Positions 1-10,379 of a DNA stretch of 64,000 bases are shown one piece after another; positions within the stretch are counted from its first letter, which is position 1; each line of letters begins with the position of its first letter. The translations under genes and the position numbers were made by a program. Origin of the DNA: an uncultured Methanomicrobiales archaeon (lineage in GTDB: Archaea > Halobacteriota > Methanomicrobia > Methanomicrobiales > Methanospirillaceae); contig OY969100.1 of NCBI GenBank assembly GCA_963697895.1, positions 1,152,001 to 1,216,000 on the forward strand, written 5' to 3'. The notes beneath the pieces were generated by a model. The model saw only the letters and a list, made by a program, of their open reading frames with translations. It had not been told where the DNA came from and ran no database searches.

Positions 1-2
1 TT

Positions 3-659
3 CCCCTCTTCGTTTCCATCGGCCTGCCTTATCTGATCCACTTTATCCTGACGAGGTCCGGAAGTATCACTCCTGATGTACTGGCAGGGCTGCTCATCGT
101 GATAAACGCCTTCGGCTTTTTCTTCATCATCGGGGCGGCCACCCTTCCCACCGCGATCGCGTCCTATAGTATTGTCGGTGAGAAGCAGGAACAGAGCCTG
201 GAGCCGCTGCTCGCCACACCCACAACCGACGGCGAGATCCTCCTGGGCAAGAGCATCGGGGCACTCCTTCCCCCCCTGATCGCCATCTGGATCGGTGCGG
301 TCATCTTCATGGGTCTGATGGATTACTATCTCTTCGGCCTGCTCGGCTATCTCTACTACCCCAACGCGGTCATGGCGGTCATCATGCTGCTGCTGGTGCC
401 CCTGTCGGCCATCACCGCGGTGGAGGTGAGCGTGATCATATCGGCCAGGGTCAACGATGTCCGGACCGCACAGCAGCTCGGGTCCCTGATCGTGATCCCC
501 TTCGCCCTCATCTACGTGCTGGGCGAGATCAACGCGTTCCCGCTCACGGTGCTGTATCTCCTCGTCCTCTCGGCCGTCATCCTGGTCGTCGATATCGGAC
601 TCTATTATCTGGCCGTGTCCACGTTCCAACGGGAAGAGATCCTCACCAGGTGGAAGTAG
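3..659 (+). CDS. ABC-2 type transporter permease (5' partial)
   Basis: Frame is open from the window edge; hydrophobic protein with the IVGEKQEQSLEPLLATP...EILLGK motif of ABC-2 permeases. Confidence 0.85.
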   Translation, partial: PLFVSIGLPYLIHFILTRSGSITPDVLAGLLIVINAFGFFFIIGAATLPTAIASYSIVGEKQEQSLEPLLATPTTDGEILLGKSIGALLPPLIAIWIGAVIFMGLMDYYLFGLLGYLYYPNAVMAVIMLLLVPLSAITAVEVSVIISARVNDVRTAQQLGSLIVIPFALIYVLGEINAFPLTVLYLLVLSAVILVVDIGLYYLAVSTFQREEILTRWK

Positions 660-676
660 CACAGGGGTTCGACGCG

Positions 677-911
677 GTCTTTCGGGACCGGTTCAATTAT
701 TCAGGACAGCTATTCACGGTTCCTGGCCCTGCACTCCAACACGGTCTCCTTCATCCAGGTGCCGCTCATCGTGCTGGTGGCTTTCTCTCTGAAGGGACTC
801 GTCCTTCCACCACTGCTAACGTTTGTCCTGGTTTCGTTCGTCACGGTCCCGTTCTGTTTCGCCGTGGCATACCTGGTGCTGAAGATCCGGTACGCGGACA
901 GGGTGCTGTGA
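677..911 (+). pseudogene. 3' remnant of an acyltransferase-3 (MdoC/OpgC-like) membrane protein
   Basis: VFRDRFNYSGQL / SRFLALHSNTVSFIQVPLIVLVAFSLKGLVLPPLLTFVLVSFVTVPFCFAVAYLVLKIRYADRVL* across one frameshift, no start codon; resembles the C-terminus of acyltransferase-3 proteins (recognised by eye). Confidence 0.45.
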
Positions 912-924
912 CCACATCGGGCCT

Positions 925-1212
925 TTATCCCTTTTTCGGATCTTCTCTCATTCCCCAGACCACGAATACGATGGCGAAGACGATCAGGAACCAGATGATG
1001 AAGTCCACGGCCGCCATCGTCCAGTTCACGAACGGCGGTCCGGGGAATGTGACGACCCGGTGGAGGTAGGGGAACGGGGATCCCCACTGCAGTACGTCTA
1101 CGGTCATTTCCGGGAAGAGCGGCCGGAAAAATCCGGATACATACGTAATGACAACCCCTGCGATGACCGCGATGATGAGACTGATACCCAGACGCGTGGA
1201 ATTCAAAGCCAT
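925..1212 (-). CDS. small hypothetical membrane protein (2 TM)
   Basis: MALNSTRLG... with two hydrophobic segments around a WGSPFPY motif. Confidence 0.7.
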   Translation of the reverse strand: MALNSTRLGISLIIAVIAGVVITYVSGFFRPLFPEMTVDVLQWGSPFPYLHRVVTFPGPPFVNWTMAAVDFIIWFLIVFAIVFVVWGMREDPKKG

Positions 1213-1444
1213 GACATTCTCCTGATCATGGCGATAGGCAGCCATAACCATTTAATGATGATCACCCGCTTCTTCCATTGCATTGATACAACCCGGTGCC
1301 GGTAATGCGGGACGTCTTGGATTATTCCGGATAAAAGAGAGGTCCCTCCGTGAATGAAACGGCGAGACGCATTCAGGTTATTCCCGGATCGGCTGCTGGG
1401 TATCCCATAGTAAATCCTTTGGGTTATCCTTCCGATTATCCCGA

Positions 1445-1909
1445 TTATTCCTCATCAAGCTGCCCGATGTCCTCGTACCAGAGTTCAGGGTTCTCCGCGA
1501 TGAACCGCTCCATCATCCGGATGCAGTCGTCGCGGGCGAGGTCGATGACCCGGACTCCCTGTGATTCGAGGAATTCCCGTGCACCGGTAAAATTCTTCGA
1601 TTCGCCCGCGACGACAACGGGGATCCGGAACTGCACGATCGCCCCTGCACAGAGAAAGCAGGGCATGAGCGTCGAGTACAGGACCGTGTTCCCGTAGTTC
1701 CCTATCCTCCCGGCCCTGCAGAGGCAGTCTATCTCGGCGTGCCGGATCGGGTCTTCCTCCTGGACCCTCCGGTTATGCCCCCGGCCGATGATCGTACCCT
1801 CCCGCACGAGCACGGACCCGATCGGGATCCCTCCCTCGGAGAGACCGATCTGTGCTTCCCGGACCGCCTCGTCCATGAACCGGTTATGGACGCTATCGTC
1901 TGTGTGCAT
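1445..1909 (-). CDS. nucleoside/cytosine deaminase (CDA-fold zinc deaminase)
   Basis: HAEIDC and PCFLC zinc motifs, GGIPIGSVLV, and the C-terminal WYEDIG typical of yeast-type cytosine deaminases. Confidence 0.9.
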   Translation of the reverse strand: MHTDDSVHNRFMDEAVREAQIGLSEGGIPIGSVLVREGTIIGRGHNRRVQEEDPIRHAEIDCLCRAGRIGNYGNTVLYSTLMPCFLCAGAIVQFRIPVVVAGESKNFTGAREFLESQGVRVIDLARDDCIRMMERFIAENPELWYEDIGQLDEE

Positions 1910-1978
1910 AATACTCGCAGAGGGTATGTGTTGTACCAGAATAATAAAGGAAAGACCCTTCCCCAATCATCGGGCGGC

Positions 1979-2647
1979 TTACCTTCCCATCCTCCGGAAC
2001 AGGAGGTACGTCAGTGCCCCGAAGAGAATCACCGCGATGACCACCCCGACACCCAGGTACACGTTTTCGAGGATCAACCGGAAGATCAGTTCGGAGCCAA
2101 GGGCAAACATCAGGCTTTCTGCCGTACCCCCGATGCCGATCGCGAGGAGTATCTCCCCCGGCGTAAGGCCCATCATCATCCCGACGACCGTGGCCCCTAT
2201 CCCTCCGGTGCCCTGGAAGGGGAGGAAGACGAAGAAGGCGACCCCGAGCACCCTCCACCGGGCCAGCCAGGGCCGTTTCCGCATGAACTCGTCCCCCGAT
2301 GCGAGAAACCGGGAGATCCAGGGTCCGAGATACGGCAGGCGGAGGGCGATGCCGAAGTTGAGGATCATGAAGAGGCCGGTGAGGACATCCAGGAGGGAGA
2401 GCGCGATCACCATCAGCCACCAGGGAATTCCCAGGGCGATCCCCAGCGGAATGACAGACTCCTTGCCTGCCGGAGGGATGAAATAGACGATCATCAGCCC
2501 GCCGAGGATCGCGCTCAGTTCGGGGGGGAGAATGAGATAGCACCCAAGGTAGAAGGCCAGTGCCAGAGAAAACGGCAACAGCATCCGGCCTGCAAGGGAA
2601 GGAAGGGAGCACTCCTGATCCCCGCAGAAGACCCACTTCAGGCGCAT
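1979..2647 (-). CDS. small multi-drug export protein family (COG2426-like)
   Basis: Multi-TM protein with PPAGKESVIPLG and FVFLPFQGTGG motifs. Confidence 0.75.
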   Translation of the reverse strand: MRLKWVFCGDQECSLPSLAGRMLLPFSLALAFYLGCYLILPPELSAILGGLMIVYFIPPAGKESVIPLGIALGIPWWLMVIALSLLDVLTGLFMILNFGIALRLPYLGPWISRFLASGDEFMRKRPWLARWRVLGVAFFVFLPFQGTGGIGATVVGMMMGLTPGEILLAIGIGGTAESLMFALGSELIFRLILENVYLGVGVVIAVILFGALTYLLFRRMGR

Positions 2648-2883
2648 AATTCCCCGTAAGACATTATCGGTGAAGTGTGCGGGATCCGCTCATATCTCTA
2701 TCCATCTTTCCGCAGGAACAGAGTTATGAACCCGAAGCGGTCCGGTTCCGCTTCCCTGCCCTTCCCGTCTTTGAACGGGAAGTTGAGACCCGTATTCTCC
2801 CCCGGAATCAGGCATCCGGCTTCGAGGAGTGATGAATGCCGCTCAATACCTTTATCAGCCTTCCTGCTCCCTCTTTCTCCACA

Positions 2884-3732
2884 ATGGATGCACTCGTGGT
2901 GGCGACGTTTCTCATCGTCGCGGCACTGGAGATCGCGGTCCCGCTCATCGTCGGGTACCTCGTCATCCGGAGATTCTCCCTGTCCTGGAGGCTCTTCGGC
3001 CTCGGTGCCCTCTCGTTCATCATCGTGCAGGTCTTTCACACCCCCCTCGTGCTCCTCATCCAGCAGCCGCTCCTCGAGTCGCTTCAGGCAGCGTTCCCGA
3101 CCGGGGATACGGCACTGGCGCTCTTCTCTCTCACGCTCGGCTTCCTCGCCGGGATCTTCGAAGAGCCGGCACGGTACGCAGTCGTCCGGTGGATCTTCCC
3201 CCGCCTCAGTATCCCGCAGAAACGGGACCGGGGAGTCCTCTTCGGGGTGGGATGGGCTGGTGCAGAGAGCATCTTCATCGCCCTCCTCCTCCTCACCACG
3301 ATGATCTCCTACCTCTACGCGGCACCGCTCACGGAGCAGCAGATCCAGTCAATCAATGCCTCATCGGGAGGGAACCTCACCGAGCAGCAGATCCAGGCGA
3401 TCAATGCCCAGATGGAGGCACTCATCACCCTCACCCCGGCCGACATCCTCCCGGGGCTTGCCGAGCGAATGATGGTGATCGTCAACCAGGTCGCTTGGAC
3501 CCTGATGGTCCTTGCCGCGGTCGTCTTCAGCCGCTATATCTTCCTGGTCGTCGCGATCGCCTGGCATACCCTCCTCGACGCCGGCGCCGTGTTTGTGGCT
3601 CAGACGGGCGGAGTCCTCCCCGCCGAATCCCTGATCTTTATCTCCACGCTCATCGCGATCGCGTACATCATCTGGCAGTGGCGCCGGTTCGGGGAATTCG
3701 AGAACCGGTTCCCTGATGTGTGGGAGATCTGA
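2884..3732 (+). CDS. YhfC/DUF2324 family intramembrane protease (PrsW-like)
   Basis: AGIFEEPARY, GVGWAGAE, ER and WHTLLD motifs in a multi-TM protein. Confidence 0.8.
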   Translation: MDALVVATFLIVAALEIAVPLIVGYLVIRRFSLSWRLFGLGALSFIIVQVFHTPLVLLIQQPLLESLQAAFPTGDTALALFSLTLGFLAGIFEEPARYAVVRWIFPRLSIPQKRDRGVLFGVGWAGAESIFIALLLLTTMISYLYAAPLTEQQIQSINASSGGNLTEQQIQAINAQMEALITLTPADILPGLAERMMVIVNQVAWTLMVLAAVVFSRYIFLVVAIAWHTLLDAGAVFVAQTGGVLPAESLIFISTLIAIAYIIWQWRRFGEFENRFPDVWEI

Positions 3733-3981
3733 GTTCCGCCCTTGTCGGGCGGGAAAACCGGATAATGCGCCTGGTCAGTCTCCCGTCTCTTTTAACCGGG
3801 GCCGGCCCCTGACCATGGCCTCCCGGAGTTCATACCTCTCCCGTTGTAGCGCGCTCCCGGACAAATACCCACGTAAGATGGCGGGATCATTTCGAAATAG
3901 TTGGGACCGGTGATGTATAGTATTGTTAACATCGTCGGTCCTTATACCCTCAGAGATAACCTGTACTGTATGCCGGTAGTT

Positions 3982-4311
3982 ATGTACCATGCACAACCCG
4001 GAATGTACGCCACGGGGCACCCTGCACTGGGGTTCCTCGGTATGCTCGTTCTGTGGCTTATCCAGCTGGTTATAGCATACTTCGTCTTCAAGGACGCAAA
4101 AGATCAGAAGATGAGTGCCCCGCTCTGGTTCATCCTCGTCATCATCCCGTTCTTCGGGTACCTGGCCGCGGTCCTCTACGTGATCATCCGTGAGGTCCGA
4201 AAGCCGCTCGAACCTGAGAAGACCCCCGTCGATACCTTAAAAGAGCGGTTCGCCCGGGGAGAGATCACCGCGGAAGAGTTCGAGAAGGCCAAAGAGATCC
4301 TGATGAAGTAA
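3982..4311 (+). CDS. 2-TM membrane protein with C-terminal SHOCT domain
   Basis: LKERFARGEITAEEFEKAKEIL SHOCT motif; paralog of 60804..61142. Confidence 0.8.
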   Translation: MYHAQPGMYATGHPALGFLGMLVLWLIQLVIAYFVFKDAKDQKMSAPLWFILVIIPFFGYLAAVLYVIIREVRKPLEPEKTPVDTLKERFARGEITAEEFEKAKEILMK

Positions 4312-4638
4312 CCGGGAGTCCGGAACCAGGCTCGTGCGGGATATCTCCGCCTCATGAATGGACGGGGGAAAATCTTCCGGGGTTATCCTCGTGGAGAAGA
4401 GGGGGAAAACCTTCCGGGGGATGTCTCCGGAGAAAGGAAAGAGGGGGTAACTCCCCTCCTGTTTTTAGGTTTCATCTTCCTAAAAAGATTTCAAAACCGG
4501 ATTAACCGGCGTATGAACAGTTCGGTTTTTCCCGGGTCTCCTGGCGTTCCCCATCGGATCATCCAGGTGTTTTAATTCCCTGAATATTTTCGGGGTTGGT
4601 TCGGAATCTTTCCAGATATCCCTTCGGGGGGGTCCGAT

Positions 4639-4736
4639 CGATTCAGACCGGGTCTACCCCGGGTGCACTGCTCTGTCGTCGCGATTCAGACCGGGTCCTC
4701 CCCGGGTGCACTCTCTGCCGTTCGCCTTCAGACGGG
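4639..4736. repeat. ~43-bp tandem repeat (2 copies plus a partial third)
   Basis: cgattcagaccgggtc..ccccgggtgcact at 4639 and 4682; partial ttcagacggg at 4727 overlaps the stop codon of the UbiA-like gene. Confidence 0.75.
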
Positions 4737-5699
4737 CCAGATGAATTTTCCCGCGAGAAACACGAGCGAGACGATCATCGAGGCCTGCCCGACGATCGTG
4801 ATCCATCCGGGGCTCTGCCGGGCGATCTGCAGGATCTCGTCCTTTCCTGTCTCTTCCTCCCCTTGTTCCTGCCGTCTTGAAAGATCGATGAGCCTGATAA
4901 GTTTTCTCGCGACGATATAACTGCCACCGGCGATGAAGACGAGGAAGATATTCAGGTACGGATCGATCGCAGTCAACACCCATGCAAACGCGGCGATCAC
5001 GAGGATCCCGCCGGTGACGAGCAGCGCGAGGCTCCACCGCGAGGCACGGAGAAGCCCGAGCCGTACTGTCACCGTCCGGACACCCATCGCCTTATCCTCG
5101 TAATAATCGGGGATCTCGGTCGCGATGACGAGGCTGTAGGACGCGATCCCCTGCCCGACGAGGAAGAGGAGAAAGGCGGGGTCGAAGACCGAGCTGAAGG
5201 TGTAGTACACGAAGAGCACCGGGAAGACGCAGAGAACGAGGATGAGCGGCACGATCGAGAGGTACGACCGGGACTTTAACCTGAACGGGGGTGCGGAGAA
5301 GCCATACCCGAGGTAGATCCCGATAAACCAGAGGAGAAGGAGCCCGATCTTTCCCTGCAGGTTCGCCAGCACAAGGACCAGGGCGAACGTAAGGAAGAAT
5401 TCGAGGATGATCACCGATACCAGCCTCTTCTGCCCGACCGTCGCGAAGGCCGAGACCAGGTGGATCTTCCGGGGGTCTGCCTCATCCAGCCGGGAATCGG
5501 CGAGCGTATTCACCTGTGCCCCGATAATGGCGCTGAGAACGAGAACGGCGAGGGCGAGCACCGCGGGAACAAGCAGGGAAAGACCTGCAACCGGGGGAGC
5601 GACCCCCCAGCAGAACCCGATCAGGAACCACCCGATTCCCATTGCCGGAAGGAACTCCGGCCGGGAGACGACGGCGAGCGACCTGAGAAAGGATACCAT
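4728..5699 (-). CDS. UbiA family prenyltransferase
   Basis: NTLADSRLDEAD and EIPDYYEDKAMGVRT Asp-rich motifs, FSAPPFRLK, multiple TM segments. Confidence 0.85.
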   Translation of the reverse strand: MVSFLRSLAVVSRPEFLPAMGIGWFLIGFCWGVAPPVAGLSLLVPAVLALAVLVLSAIIGAQVNTLADSRLDEADPRKIHLVSAFATVGQKRLVSVIILEFFLTFALVLVLANLQGKIGLLLLWFIGIYLGYGFSAPPFRLKSRSYLSIVPLILVLCVFPVLFVYYTFSSVFDPAFLLFLVGQGIASYSLVIATEIPDYYEDKAMGVRTVTVRLGLLRASRWSLALLVTGGILVIAAFAWVLTAIDPYLNIFLVFIAGGSYIVARKLIRLIDLSRRQEQGEEETGKDEILQIARQSPGWITIVGQASMIVSLVFLAGKFIWPV

Positions 5700-5796
5700 T
5701 GAACCTGAAGAACAGGTACGAACAGGATGTTCATACGCTTTGTGAAATGGCTCCCGGGAAGGTTACGCGATGGATCCTTCGAAAATCCGTAGTATT

Positions 5797-6642
5797 TCAG
5801 ATACCCTCGCGATAGTACGCGAGACGGGCTGCATCCGGCCGGACGGCCTCCACCAGCCGGGCCTGCTCCTCCTCGTCCATCCGAGGATGGAGGTTCCCCA
5901 GGCCGGCGAGGAGTCTCGCCTCACCCGGCGTCGAACACCCGACGATCACAAGGTCGACGTCCTGGGAGAGGGCGAACCGGATCAGCCGTTCCGGTGACAA
6001 CCCCGCTTCGGGGGAGAGGTGATACCCTGCGCCGAGCACCTTCATCCCGATCACGCCGATCCCCCGTTCCCGTGCCGCCGGGATCACCCGGTCGAGGAAT
6101 CCCCCGAGTGCCGATTCGACGGGGCTGACCGGCAGGAGTACCGAATCGACGTCCCAGTTCGTCACCGCATGGAGGAGGATCTCCGGGTCGGCGTGTCCGG
6201 TCACCCCGATACCCTTCACCATCCCCGTATCGCGGGCATGGGAAAATGCCTGGAGTGCCCCGCCTTCTCCCTCGACCCGCCGGATATCGTCCCGGTCCCG
6301 GAGGTCGTGGATCTGCCAGAGACCGAGATGGTCACGACCCATCCGGGAGAGCGTTCTCCCGAGGTCCGCGGTCGCCCCCGCGGCATCCCTCTTTGCGGAT
6401 TTGCTCGTCTGGAACGTGAGTCCTTTCCGGGCAGGATAGAGCGAGAAGAACTTTCCCAGGTAGCGCTCGCTGCCCGCATATGCCGGTGCGGAGTCGTAGT
6501 ACCGGATACCGCTCTCGTATGCCGCTTTGAGCATCGCCAGGGCTTCCTCTTCCCTTCCCTCCGTGCGAAGGATGCCTTCGCCCCCGAGACCGACCCGGAG
6601 CGGACTGCCGATGATCGCCCGGAGCCTGCTGTTCCCTGCCAT
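5797..6642 (-). CDS. aldo/keto reductase
   Basis: GIRYYDSAPAYAGSERYLG, IGVTGH and GMKVLG motifs. Confidence 0.9.
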   Translation of the reverse strand: MAGNSRLRAIIGSPLRVGLGGEGILRTEGREEEALAMLKAAYESGIRYYDSAPAYAGSERYLGKFFSLYPARKGLTFQTSKSAKRDAAGATADLGRTLSRMGRDHLGLWQIHDLRDRDDIRRVEGEGGALQAFSHARDTGMVKGIGVTGHADPEILLHAVTNWDVDSVLLPVSPVESALGGFLDRVIPAARERGIGVIGMKVLGAGYHLSPEAGLSPERLIRFALSQDVDLVIVGCSTPGEARLLAGLGNLHPRMDEEEQARLVEAVRPDAARLAYYREGI

Positions 6643-6889
6643 AATGAGTACCGGAGCATGGCGAACGATAAACCCTGTGTATTACACAATTCTCCCTTAT
6701 GGCGATCGGAGTATAAACAGGCTTCACAGGAAAGGAAACACCCTTTTCCCTTCTTTTCTGCAGGAGAGGAACCAAAAGATCCCGCTACCGTTTCTCATGA
6801 GATTTATAAGCACGAGAACCAATCATCTGCATGGAACCGGGGAGGTATCACCATAGTATGAAACGACTGCCGGATGCGAGGGTACGGGA

Positions 6890-8296
6890 ATGACCGGGAA
6901 GAAGGTGCGGATGGAGTCCGACAGCATGGGGGGGATCGAGGTCCCTGCCGACCGGTACTGGGGAGCTGAGACGCAACGATCGCTGGTCCATTTTTCGATC
7001 GGGTCCGACCTGATCCCGGTCGAGATGATCCATGCGCTCGCCCTGATCAAGAAGGCCGCGGCACAGGCCAATCACGAACTGGGCACCCTTTCGGGAGAGA
7101 AAGCAGACCTGATCGCCCGGGCGGCCGACGAGGTGATCGGCGGGAAGCTCGACGACCATTTCCCGCTCCATGTCTGGATGACCGGGAGCGGTACCCAGTC
7201 GAACATGAACGTGAACGAGGTCATCTCCAACCGGGCGATCGAGCTCGCCGGCGGGGTGACGGGGAGCAAGAAACCGGTCCACCCGAACGACGACGTGAAT
7301 AAGTCGCAGTCGTCCAACGATGCGTTCCCGGCGGGGATGCACATCGCTACCGCCCTCCTCTTCAGGAACCGGCTGATCCCTGCCGTGAGATGCATGCGGG
7401 CCGACCTGGAGAAGAAAGCGAAAGCCTGGGATTCGATCGTCAAGATCGGCCGGACCCACCTGCAGGACGCGGTACCTCTCACCCTGGGGCAGGAGTTCTC
7501 GGGGTACGTGGCGATGCTCGACGAGGATATCGCACGCCTGGAGCGGTCCCTCGACGACCTGTACAAACTCGCGCTCGGCGGGACCGCGGTCGGGACCGGG
7601 TTGAACGCACCGGCCGGGTTCGACATACGGGTGGCAAAGAAGATCGCCCAGGAGACCGGGCTTCCGTTCGTCGCGGCACCGAACAAGTTTGCCCTGATCG
7701 GATCGCACGATGCGCTGGCCGCGGCCAGTGCGGCAGTGAAGGTCCTCGCGACGTCGCTCTACAAGATAGCGAACGATATCCGGCTCCTGGGCTGCGGGCC
7801 CCGGGCCGGCATTCACGAGCTGATCCTCCCGTCCAACGAGCCCGGCTCCTCGATCATGCCCGGCAAGGTGAACCCGACCCAGTGCGAGGCGATGGCGATG
7901 GTCGCCGTGCAGGTGATGGGGTACGATAGTGCCGTTTCCTTCGCCAACGCCGGCGGATATCTCGAGCTGAACGTGTACAAGCCGCTCATCATCTACAACA
8001 TCGTCCAGTCGGTCCGGATGATATCGGACAGCTGTGATGCCTTTACCAAGTACCTGCTGAAGGAGCTGCAGCCGGACAGGGAGCGGATCGATCGGTACCT
8101 GAAGGAATCCCTCATGCTCGTGACGGCGCTCTCCCCGGTGATCGGGTATGACAAGGCGTCAGAGCTGGCCCTCTATGCAGACAAGAATAACTGCACCCTG
8201 AAGGATGCAAATAACGCCCTGAAACTGGTCCCGGAGGAGGAATTCGACCGGATCGTGGATCCCTACAGGATGGCCTATCCCCATAAGGGGAAATAA
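6890..8296 (+). CDS. fumC: class II fumarate hydratase
   Basis: [15 protein letters not shown] signature, [34 protein letters not shown]. Confidence 0.95.
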   Translation: MTGKKVRMESDSMGGIEVPADRYWGAETQRSLVHFSIGSDLIPVEMIHALALIKKAAAQANHELGTLSGEKADLIARAADEVIGGKLDDHFPLHVWMTGSGTQSNMNVNEVISNRAIELAGGVTGSKKPVHPNDDVNKSQSSNDAFPAGMHIATALLFRNRLIPAVRCMRADLEKKAKAWDSIVKIGRTHLQDAVPLTLGQEFSGYVAMLDEDIARLERSLDDLYKLALGGTAVGTGLNAPAGFDIRVAKKIAQETGLPFVAAPNKFALIGSHDALAAASAAVKVLATSLYKIANDIRLLGCGPRAGIHELILPSNEPGSSIMPGKVNPTQCEAMAMVAVQVMGYDSAVSFANAGGYLELNVYKPLIIYNIVQSVRMISDSCDAFTKYLLKELQPDRERIDRYLKESLMLVTALSPVIGYDKASELALYADKNNCTLKDANNALKLVPEEEFDRIVDPYRMAYPHKGK

Positions 8297-8433
8297 AATA
8301 TTTTACCGGGGAGAAATGCCGCAGTCCGGGCGGCGTGACGTTCCCCGCCCTGAAAAGATAAGAAAAGAAGTGTCACCGGGAGGAAAGGAAAAAGAATTAA
8401 TTCTCCCCATCGGTCCCGGTTTATTCAATCCGG

Positions 8434-8541
8434 TTATTTCTTTTCCTCAGGTTTCGCGGCTTCTTCTTCTTTTTTCTCTTCCTTGCCTTCTTTGCGTCCT
8501 TTCACGACTTTCACTGCAGCAACTTTACCTATTAGTCCCAT
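8434..8541 (-). CDS. 35-aa Lys/Glu-rich small protein (not in the ORF track)
   Basis: MGLIGKVAAVKVVKGRKEGKEEKKEEEAAKPEEKK*; AGGAGG 8 nt upstream of the ATG and a TATATAAA-like box at about 8618-8625. Confidence 0.55.
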   Translation of the reverse strand: MGLIGKVAAVKVVKGRKEGKEEKKEEEAAKPEEKK

Positions 8542-8755
8542 TTAGTTTCCCTCCTGGCCCAATATCAGTTCGGGATCTGAATCCCGAAGTTGGCCTGTAG
8601 TGAAATACCTGTTTTCATTTATATACGTTTGGCACGGCGCAATCAATTGGTTCTGATCGGTAGATGCGTGGTACCACTCCACTCTAACCCGAACCGGGGA
8701 AGATTGATTAAAAAATTGAATGTATTCTGTAAGGGAGGGGCGTCCGGAATACCGG

Positions 8756-10379
8756 TCAAAACCCTTTTTCGAGCCCTTCGTCGATCGAAGACCTCTTCTC
8801 CCGGTTCAACGTCGCCACATAGTCCTCGAACTTGTGGATCCGGGTGCTCACCGGGAACGGGATGCCGATGGTGCTGATGATCGCCTCGCCCGCGGTCGAG
8901 GGTCTGGATCTCGATCTCCATCCGCGAGAGGTCCTGTTTTGCGCTCCCCATGATGATATCCCGGTCCCCGCGGTCCCCGAGGCCCATCACGACGAAGGTG
9001 TTGATCTGGGCGAGGACCTTCGGGTCGACGTTCTTCGGCTGCTGGGTGACGACGCAGAGCCCGACCCCGAACTTCCGCCCTTCCATGGCGCACTCCCGGA
9101 ATACCTGGGTGGAGGAGCCGCCGCTCGCGAGCACCCGCTGCGCCTCCTCGATCGTGATCAGCACCTGGTGAGATGCCTCCCGCCGGTCGTCGATCCCGAA
9201 GCCCCGTGCCTCGGACCGGTGTTTCTCCATGATCATGCGGGTGATGACCGAGAGGACGAAGAGTTCGCTCCGTTCGCTCATGTCCGGGATATCGATCAGG
9301 ACCACCCGGTTGTCGTGGAGGTTCGTGAGGATCTCGGGGACCGACGACCCCTGGGTCCGGAAGAAGGCCCGGTTTCCGTTGACGAGGTTCTCGATGTGGC
9401 TCTTGATGACCCGGACCGGCCCGCCCATGGAGTTCCGGATCTTCCAGGCGAGGCCGTCCTCCGTGATCCCGGCCGCTTCGGGATCCTTGATCGGGAATAT
9501 CTCGGGGTCGACCGTCTGGAAGAACTCGATGATCCTCTTCCCTTTCGTGCCGGAGAACGCCTCGACGATCTCGTGCTGGGCGGCAGAGAGGTCGTAGAGG
9601 ATCGAGAGGTCGCTGATCCTGAAGTCGTCGTACTCGAGGGAGAGCCGGTTCATCGCGTACTTCCGGCGGTCCTCCTCGCCCCGGATCGTAAAGATGGCGA
9701 GCCCGTCCTTTCCTTTCGTGTAGTGGACGAGGCCGTTCGTCGGCTCCCCCGTTGAGGACTTCCCGCCGCTCACGTATTCCCCGTGGGGATCGACGATCAG
9801 GAGCCCGAACTTCTGTTCCTTCATGCAGGACGCACAGAAGGTCTTCATGAAGTTGGACTTTCCCATCCCCGTCGTCGCAAAGACCCCCATGTGCTGGGGG
9901 AGGACCCGGCTCGGGATCCGGACCGCGACGTCCCGGATCACGTCCTGGCCGCTCCGCATCAGGCCGACCTCGATCTCGCCCATCTGCCGGGTCAGGAACC
10001 GGAAGTCCTCTGCCTCCGGGTCTTCGACGATCGAGAACTTCGAGGGGATCGTCCGGGGCTTGTGGAATGTCCCGTCCCCGTTGTCCACGAACCCCAGCGG
10101 GACCGCATCGACGGTGAAGAAGACGTCCTCGCCGAGGCCGTAGAACTCCTCCGCATACACCCGGGTGTCCCACCGGGTATCGGCGAAGTTGCTGTCGTGG
10201 GAGAGGTCGGTGATCTTTGCAAAGAACGTGACGTCCTTCGCCGGGTCTGTGATCTTCTTGATGTCCCCGATGTAGAGAGTGGCATCGTAGGGCGCAATGA
10301 ACCGGTACGCTAGCACGCTGCGCCCGATCAACCGGTACTTCGAAGGGTCCTTCCCGTCAATATCTTGCAAATTCATCAT
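8756..10379 (-). CDS. herA: HerA DNA translocase/helicase (one +1 frameshift near 8890)
   Basis: HMGVFATTGMGKSN Walker A, IEEAQR Walker B, EGRKFGVGLCVVTQQP; C-terminus continues in the next frame as GEAIISTIGIPFPV...GLEKGF*. Confidence 0.9.
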
